Assembly (NCBI GenBank): GCA_965197585.1
Contig: OZ240215.1
Location: forward strand, 2,272,001-2,336,000
From: Dehalococcoidia bacterium
GTDB taxonomy: Bacteria > Chloroflexota > Dehalococcoidia > Plut-88900
DNA length: 64,000 nt
Direction of reading: 5' to 3'
The position numbers were made by a program, and so were the translations under genes. Below are positions 58,303 through 64,000 of the stretch, one piece after another. Every line of letters begins with the position of its first letter. The first letter of the stretch is position 1. The notes beneath the pieces are model-generated. The model was not told where the DNA came from. It saw only the letters and a program-made list of their open reading frames with translations, and searched no databases.

Positions 58303-61300
58303 CTACCCCACCCCGCGCACCCTCCGACCCGGCCTACCAACCACCGACGCCCCCAACACCTCCAACTTCGCACTCCTCGGCAAAGCCGACCTCTCATTCA
58401 ACCTGCCCCCCTCCACCGACGCCACCGCAACCCCGTTCTGGTACACCACCAGGTTTCCCATCGCCGCCGGCACCCGGGCCCCGGGGCTGATAATCCCCAC
58501 CAGGTTCAACGGATCGCACGCCGACACCTGTACATACCGCCCAGACCCCTCCTGCTTCCGCGTCGAGCGCAACATTTCAATGGCTTCAGGTAGTGCGAAC
58601 TGCTCCCCCACGTGCCCAGATATGAACCTGCCCCCCCTGATCTTCCCCTGAGCCTCGGCCTGCCGGTATATTCTCACTAGCTCTCGCCACGGCGGCGCCA
58701 TCGGCTCCCGGGCCAGCATCTCGTAGAACACCACCCCATATCGGCGGAGCAGTTGGAACGCCCTCCCCGTCACCGACGTCTCGCCATCCCCCAACGGTTG
58801 CAGCAGGGACCAACGGGTCGTCGAAGGCCGATTCCTCGCCCTCCTTCGCAATCGGGTGCTGCGGCGCATACTCGGGGGCGGGCCATTGTTCACATGCCGC
58901 AGGGGCGTGAATCCGTCCGCCGTGGCCCGGCCCGCCGCCACCAGTTGCCACAGACCGTCCTTCACCTCCGAAGGCAGCCGCTTGCTCAGCTTGGCAATGT
59001 CCGACTGGAATGAGGCCCCGCGCTTCGTGAGAACGTTCAGGATATCCCGAGCCGCGCCACCCAGACCCTCATCATCCTCGGGAGTCGGGTCCACCAGCCA
59101 ATCTAGGTTTTCCCGAAGCCCCAGCGTTATCGGCCCGTTCCTCGTTAGTCCCACCTTGGATATGGGCTGATCGGGCATATGCCTGCGTTGTGTCATCCGG
59201 CCCCACACCACCTCCCCCCCAAAGCACAGGTCATCCAGCATCGTAGGCTCGAATCCCGCCACTCGAGCCTTCAGCAAATGCGGTTCCCAAGCTCCCGCCG
59301 CCGCCTCGAATCCCTGCAGCTGCTCGATAACCTCGATCAGCCCCGACACCCCGCTCAACATCCTGTCCGGCTCCACGTGCTGCCAGCGCAACAGGAACCG
59401 CATGAACACTGACTCCGAGACCGGCTCGATCTCCCTCCTCAGCCTCGATACCGTCGCCCTATGTATCCGGGCCAGGATACGCCTGTCACAGTATTCCTCG
59501 CCGGTAGCCCCCGGCCTGAACGACCCCCTCAACACCTGCCCCTCCGATTCCAGCTGCGCCAAGGCGGCCTTTACCGTCCCCTCCGGCAGTGCCAGCATCT
59601 CCCCGATCTCCTTGGCAGTCTGTGGCCCCGATACCTCTGTCCTGCCCCTGACCAACCTCACCGCCGCCTCCCCGGGATCTGCATCCGTGTCGCTCAGGAA
59701 ACGTTCCGGTGGTCTTGGATACAGGTCCGCTTCCGGGTATGCGGGCATCACTTCCCGTACCGTCTCGACCGCCACCCACGCCCGTGACCCATCCGCCCTC
59801 CTAAACGTCGTCACCCTCCCCGATTCCAACAGCTCTTCCAACCACTCTTTAACGACTCCCCCATCCCCACCTCCATACCTCACCGCAATCTCACCATCCG
59901 AGATCTGCCCGACGCTCAATAGCAGGTCGTGCATCTCGTCGGAGTCCCGGGCCGGTGGCCACGCATCCTCCGCCGCAGCAGCTATCGCCTCCGGGTCCAG
60001 GGAGCCCAGGTCTCGGGAGTCCTCCGGCAGTGCCCGCCTCAGCGATACCGCCCTGGACCTCCGCTCCTCCAGCGGGGCGTCGTCCAGAAAGGCGTAGGGC
60101 ATCGCATTCAATATCTGGTGGGAAAACACCGAGGGCTGAGGCGTGTCCCGTGCGAACACCTCCACCGCTCCCCGCTCTATGTCTCCCAGCAGCCGTGTCA
60201 ACTCTTTCAGGTCCATAGCCTCTGTCAGGCAGTCCCGCACCGTCTCAAATACCAGTGGGTGGTCCGGCACCTCGATATCGGCTGTCGGCGCGTTGTCCTG
60301 GCATTGCACCTGCGCCGGAAACACCGACGCCAAAAGGTCGTCGGACCTCATCCGCACCAGCGGAGCCGGCACCTTCTTTCCACCGGAGAACTTGATAATT
60401 GCCAAGGCCCGAGTAGCGTTCCAACGCCATCTCGTCTGGAACAGGGGCGCCTGTAGCGCCGCCTGCGTCAATACCTTCTCGACGTTCTTGGCGCTCAGAT
60501 AGCTGAACAGCTCCTCCAGGGGGAACGACAAATTCGGCCCCAACGAGAAGTTGATCCCGTCGTCCGTCGCCGCCGCCTGTAATTCGAAGTCGAAGCTGCG
60601 GCATATCTGCTTCCGCAGCGCCATCCCCCAGGCCCGGTTCACCCGCGCCCCGAGCGGCGAATGTATCACCACCTGCGTCCCACCCGACTCATCAAAGAAC
60701 CGCTCGGCGTATATCTTGTTCCCCGAAGGTACGCCACCGAGTACCCGCCTCCCCTCATCTACGTATTCGACCACCTGCCGGGCCGCCTCCCCTCCCACCC
60801 CCGACTGATCCGTCACCCACCCTTCCGCCTTGCCATTGTCTCCCAGCCGTTCCTCAATTCCGCCGCGCAGTTCCGTAATCTCCTCCGAAAGCTCCAATGT
60901 CCGACCCGGCGCCTCTCCTAACCAGAAAGGAATCGATGGCGGCAGTCCTTGGGCATCCTCCACCCGTACCCGCCCACTCTCCACCCTGCGGATACGCCAC
61001 GGCGTGTTGCCCAGCAAGAATATGTCGCCGGCCATACTCTCTATTGCGAAGTCTTCATTGACCGTCCCTACGAAAACACCTTCGGGGTCTGCCACAACGT
61101 CATAGTCTGCCGTATCAGGGATCGCTCCCCCGCTAGTCAATGCCGGTATCCGAGCCCCTCGCCTGCCCTTCAACTTACCCCCCACCCCATCCCTATGCAG
61201 GTGCGCCGTCCTCCTCCCTTCCCTCGGGGCCACCCCCTCGGCCAACATCTTCACCACCTCGTCATACTTCTTCCTCGGCAGGTCCCTGTACGGATAGGCT

Positions 61301-62616
61301 CTGCGGACCACCTCAAAGAGTTCGTCTTCGTCCCACTCCTCCGCCACGCATCCGGCTACTATCTGCTGGGCTAGCACGTCCAGCGGCCAGGACGGGATTG
61401 ACAGGGTGTCCAGGTTCTGTCGGCGCACGGCTCTAGCCAGGGCGATGCACTCCACCAGTTCGTCCCGGGTCAACGGGAACATCCGGCCCTTGGGCGTTCC
61501 CTTGATCGTGTGCCCGGAGCGCCCCACCCTTTGCATCAGCAACCCGATAGACCGCGGCGACCCTATCTGACAGACCAGGTCCACCAGCCCCACGTCGATG
61601 CCCAATTCCAGAGAGGCTGTGGCCACGCATATCTTCGTCTTGCCCGTTTTCAAGGCTTGCTCCGTCTGGAACCGCCTCTCCCGCGACATACTGCCATGGT
61701 GGGCCGCTATCGCCTCTTCCCCGAGCCGCTCCGTTAGCTGATGCGCCACTCTTTCCACCAACCGACGCGTGTTGACGAAGACCAGCGTAGTCTCGTGCCC
61801 CTCGGCCAGTTCCACCACCCTGTCCAGCGTCTCTGTCCACAGCTCGTGGCTCGCAATCGGGCCCAACTCCGAACCCGGCATCTCGATAGCTAGGTCAATT
61901 TTCCGGGCGTGCCCGGCATTTACTATCAGGCAGTCGGGATTACTCTTTTCATCAATATGAGCGTTTCCGACCAGGAACCGAGCCACCTCTTCTATCGGCC
62001 TCTGAGTCGCCGAAAGCCCGATCCTGGTCACCGGGCCCTCGGCCAGTGCACACAGCCGCTCCATCGAAAGGCTCAGGTGTGACCCTCTCTTGTCGTCAGC
62101 CACCGCGTGAATCTCGTCGACGATTAGCGTCTTCACCCCCCTCAACCCCTGCCTTCCGCTCTTGGACGTCAGCAAGATGTACAGTGACTCGGGTGTCGTG
62201 ATAAGGATATGCGGCGGCCTCTTGGCCATGCTCTGCCGCTGCGAGGCCTTCGTGTCCCCCGTCCTCAGCCCCACCCGGATCTCCGGCGCCGCTATCCCCA
62301 TCTCCTCCGCTCTCGCCGTTATCTCCGCGAGCGGGCCCGCCAGGTTCCTTTCGATGTCGTTAGAAAGCGCCTTCAACGGGGAGACGTACACGATCTGCGT
62401 CACGTCCTCCAGCCCCGAGTCGAGCCCTTCCCATATCAGATCGTCGATGCACTTCAGGAATGCAGCCAGCGTTTTACCCGACCCCGTCGGCGCCGAGATC
62501 AACGTGTGCTTCCCTTGCGCTATCGACTCCCAGCCCTGCACCTGGGCCTCCGTCGGCCCCTCAAACTTCTCCTCGAACCAAGCCTTTACAACTGGATGAA
62601 AAACACCTGTTCCCAT
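58303..62616 (-). CDS. lhr: Lhr-family DEAD/DEAH-box helicase
   Basis: APTGSGKT, SPLKALSND, TTPESL, DEIH, GLSAT, SLELGID, QRVGRSGH, C-terminal winged-helix extension. Confidence 0.9.
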   Translation of the reverse strand: MGTGVFHPVVKAWFEEKFEGPTEAQVQGWESIAQGKHTLISAPTGSGKTLAAFLKCIDDLIWEGLDSGLEDVTQIVYVSPLKALSNDIERNLAGPLAEITARAEEMGIAAPEIRVGLRTGDTKASQRQSMAKRPPHILITTPESLYILLTSKSGRQGLRGVKTLIVDEIHAVADDKRGSHLSLSMERLCALAEGPVTRIGLSATQRPIEEVARFLVGNAHIDEKSNPDCLIVNAGHARKIDLAIEMPGSELGPIASHELWTETLDRVVELAEGHETTLVFVNTRRLVERVAHQLTERLGEEAIAAHHGSMSRERRFQTEQALKTGKTKICVATASLELGIDVGLVDLVCQIGSPRSIGLLMQRVGRSGHTIKGTPKGRMFPLTRDELVECIALARAVRRQNLDTLSIPSWPLDVLAQQIVAGCVAEEWDEDELFEVVRRAYPYRDLPRKKYDEVVKMLAEGVAPREGRRTAHLHRDGVGGKLKGRRGARIPALTSGGAIPDTADYDVVADPEGVFVGTVNEDFAIESMAGDIFLLGNTPWRIRRVESGRVRVEDAQGLPPSIPFWLGEAPGRTLELSEEITELRGGIEERLGDNGKAEGWVTDQSGVGGEAARQVVEYVDEGRRVLGGVPSGNKIYAERFFDESGGTQVVIHSPLGARVNRAWGMALRKQICRSFDFELQAAATDDGINFSLGPNLSFPLEELFSYLSAKNVEKVLTQAALQAPLFQTRWRWNATRALAIIKFSGGKKVPAPLVRMRSDDLLASVFPAQVQCQDNAPTADIEVPDHPLVFETVRDCLTEAMDLKELTRLLGDIERGAVEVFARDTPQPSVFSHQILNAMPYAFLDDAPLEERRSRAVSLRRALPEDSRDLGSLDPEAIAAAAEDAWPPARDSDEMHDLLLSVGQISDGEIAVRYGGGDGGVVKEWLEELLESGRVTTFRRADGSRAWVAVETVREVMPAYPEADLYPRPPERFLSDTDADPGEAAVRLVRGRTEVSGPQTAKEIGEMLALPEGTVKAALAQLESEGQVLRGSFRPGATGEEYCDRRILARIHRATVSRLRREIEPVSESVFMRFLLRWQHVEPDRMLSGVSGLIEVIEQLQGFEAAAGAWEPHLLKARVAGFEPTMLDDLCFGGEVVWGRMTQRRHMPDQPISKVGLTRNGPITLGLRENLDWLVDPTPEDDEGLGGAARDILNVLTKRGASFQSDIAKLSKRLPSEVKDGLWQLVAAGRATADGFTPLRHVNNGPPPSMRRSTRLRRRARNRPSTTRWSLLQPLGDGETSVTGRAFQLLRRYGVVFYEMLAREPMAPPWRELVRIYRQAEAQGKIRGGRFISGHVGEQFALPEAIEMLRSTRKQEGSGRYVQVSACDPLNLVGIISPGARVPAAMGNLVVYQNGVAVASVEGGRLNERSALPRSAKLEVLGASVVGRPGRRVRGVG

Positions 62617-62702
62617 ACCCGAATGTTACCACACCCCACCCTATCCACACCCCATAATTTTGACCAACTGTGTACTATAGTTTACAATCATCACTTACAA
62701 CA

Positions 62703-62999
62703 ATGACCTTACGGATAGTCCAAAGCACTACGTTCGAAAGATGGCTTGGCAGGCTAAGAGACAAGAGAGCGATAGCCAGAATAAAACTAAGATTGTCGGC
62801 GGTATCCGACGGCAATTTCGGCGATATGAGGTACGTAGGCAATGGAGTAATTGAGCTTCGCATTCACTATGGACCAGGCTATCGGCTTTACCTGGTCCGT
62901 AAAGGTGATGAAGTCATCGTACTGCTTTGCGGTGGTGATAAGTCCACTCAACAGCGGGACATAAACCGAGCTCACGAATTGGCCAGCGAATGGAGGTAG
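62703..62999 (+). CDS. RelE/ParE-family addiction module toxin
   Basis: FERWL..LRD..A..RI..RL...GNFGD...ELRIHYGPGYRLY..LLCGGDKSTQ. Confidence 0.9.
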   Translation: MTLRIVQSTTFERWLGRLRDKRAIARIKLRLSAVSDGNFGDMRYVGNGVIELRIHYGPGYRLYLVRKGDEVIVLLCGGDKSTQQRDINRAHELASEWR

Positions 63000-63001
63000 G
63001 T

Positions 63002-63391
63002 ATGAAACTGCCAAAGGGATACACCGTATGGGATGTCACTAATTATCTTCAAACAGAGGAAGATATCAGGATTTACATAGATGTCGCGTGTGAAGATGAT
63101 CCCGGTGATGGCTCCCTGATCCGTTCTGCCTTGCAAGACGTTACCCGAGCCCAAAACATGACCGGGCTCGCCCGACAGGTCGGCATGAGCAGGGCCGGCC
63201 TTTATAAAACCCTCTCGCCCAACGGCAACCCCAGCTTCGCCACCATAATGCACCTCACCCGAGCCTTGGGCATGCAGGTCGTCATTCGTCCCATGCCCAC
63301 CGAGAAATCCCCTCACCCCGACTCCGAAGAGGAGACCTCCCCCGCCAACCTCGAGACTCCATCAACACAGGCTAAATCTCCTGTCGGATAA
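63002..63391 (+). CDS. Addiction module antidote (HTH)
   Basis: WDVTNYL...MTGLARQVGMSRAGLYKTLSPNGNPSFATI. Confidence 0.88.
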   Translation: MKLPKGYTVWDVTNYLQTEEDIRIYIDVACEDDPGDGSLIRSALQDVTRAQNMTGLARQVGMSRAGLYKTLSPNGNPSFATIMHLTRALGMQVVIRPMPTEKSPHPDSEEETSPANLETPSTQAKSPVG

Positions 63392-63456
63392 TCTCCCATA
63401 GCTGACTGCATCCAGCTGATGTCGTAGCCCATACCCACTTGTGCTACGATTCCCCC

Positions 63457-64000
63457 ATGGACAACCCCATCGTAATTATCATCATCGACGGCTTTGACCC
63501 CGAGTACCTCCAAGCCTGCAACACCCCTAACATCGACGAGGTGTGCGCCAAGGGTTTCCTGAAAATCGGCCGCTCCATGATGCCGTCCGTCACCAACGTC
63601 AACAACGTCTCCCTCGTCACCGGCCTCTATCCCGAGTCCCACGGCATCAACTGCAACTACTGGCTCGACACCGACACCGGCCTTGAGACCTATATGGAGT
63701 CCGCCGACTTCATCCTCGCCGAGACCCTCTTCCAGAAGGCCGCATCGCTCGGGAAGCGCACCTTGATGGTCTCCTCCAAGGACAAGCTCCGCACCCTCAT
63801 CGGGGCTCACGCAACCGTCGGCTTCTCCTCGGAGCAGCCCCTTGAAGAGGTCGTCTCCGCCCTCGGCCCCCCACCCCCCATCTACTCCCTCGAAGTCAAC
63901 GGCTGGATAGTCCAGGCCGCCGATCACTTAATGTCCAAGAACCCCTTCGACGTCGTATACATCGCCACTACCGACTACGCGATGCACACCTTTCCCCCCG
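63457..64000 (+). CDS. Alkaline phosphatase superfamily, phosphonoacetate hydrolase-like, partial (runs off right edge)
   Basis: Manual translation MDNPIVIIIIDGFDPEYL...MPSVTNVNNVSLVTG..PESHGI..NY...TTDYAMH. Confidence 0.8.
   Translation, partial: MDNPIVIIIIDGFDPEYLQACNTPNIDEVCAKGFLKIGRSMMPSVTNVNNVSLVTGLYPESHGINCNYWLDTDTGLETYMESADFILAETLFQKAASLGKRTLMVSSKDKLRTLIGAHATVGFSSEQPLEEVVSALGPPPPIYSLEVNGWIVQAADHLMSKNPFDVVYIATTDYAMHTFPP

Overview
A GC-rich bacterial chromosomal segment. Its gene content (LLM oxidoreductase, CaiB/BaiF CoA-transferase, amidohydrolases, Rieske oxygenase, F420-type nitroreductases, many MFS transporters) and dense REP-like palindromes suggest a Dehalococcoidia/SAR202-like Chloroflexota genome; this is inference only. 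Core genes are mnmG, proA, proB, gyrA, rnd, metF, soxBDAG and an Lhr-type helicase. Accessory material: a Dam-type methylase plus putative endonuclease inside proBA, a low-GC GNAT-PIN plus ASCH module, an ERG6-like sterol methyltransferase next to an IS1182 remnant, IS1182-derived MITEs inserted into REPs, three tandem solute-binding lipoproteins and several decayed or orphan TA genes. The most striking unexplained signal is a three-copy family of long non-coding elements at about 8.2-9.15 kb (+), 27.07-27.75 kb (-) and 33.3-34.03 kb (+). Each has the same sigma70-type promoter with a LexA-like box in the spacer, a long-range ATGGAA...TTCCAT helix with compensatory changes enclosing a ~370-410 nt hairpin-rich core, and a shared CCACAACYGAA tail. 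I propose this as a candidate new SOS-inducible large ncRNA family. All calls were made by eye; no database searches or folding programs were run.
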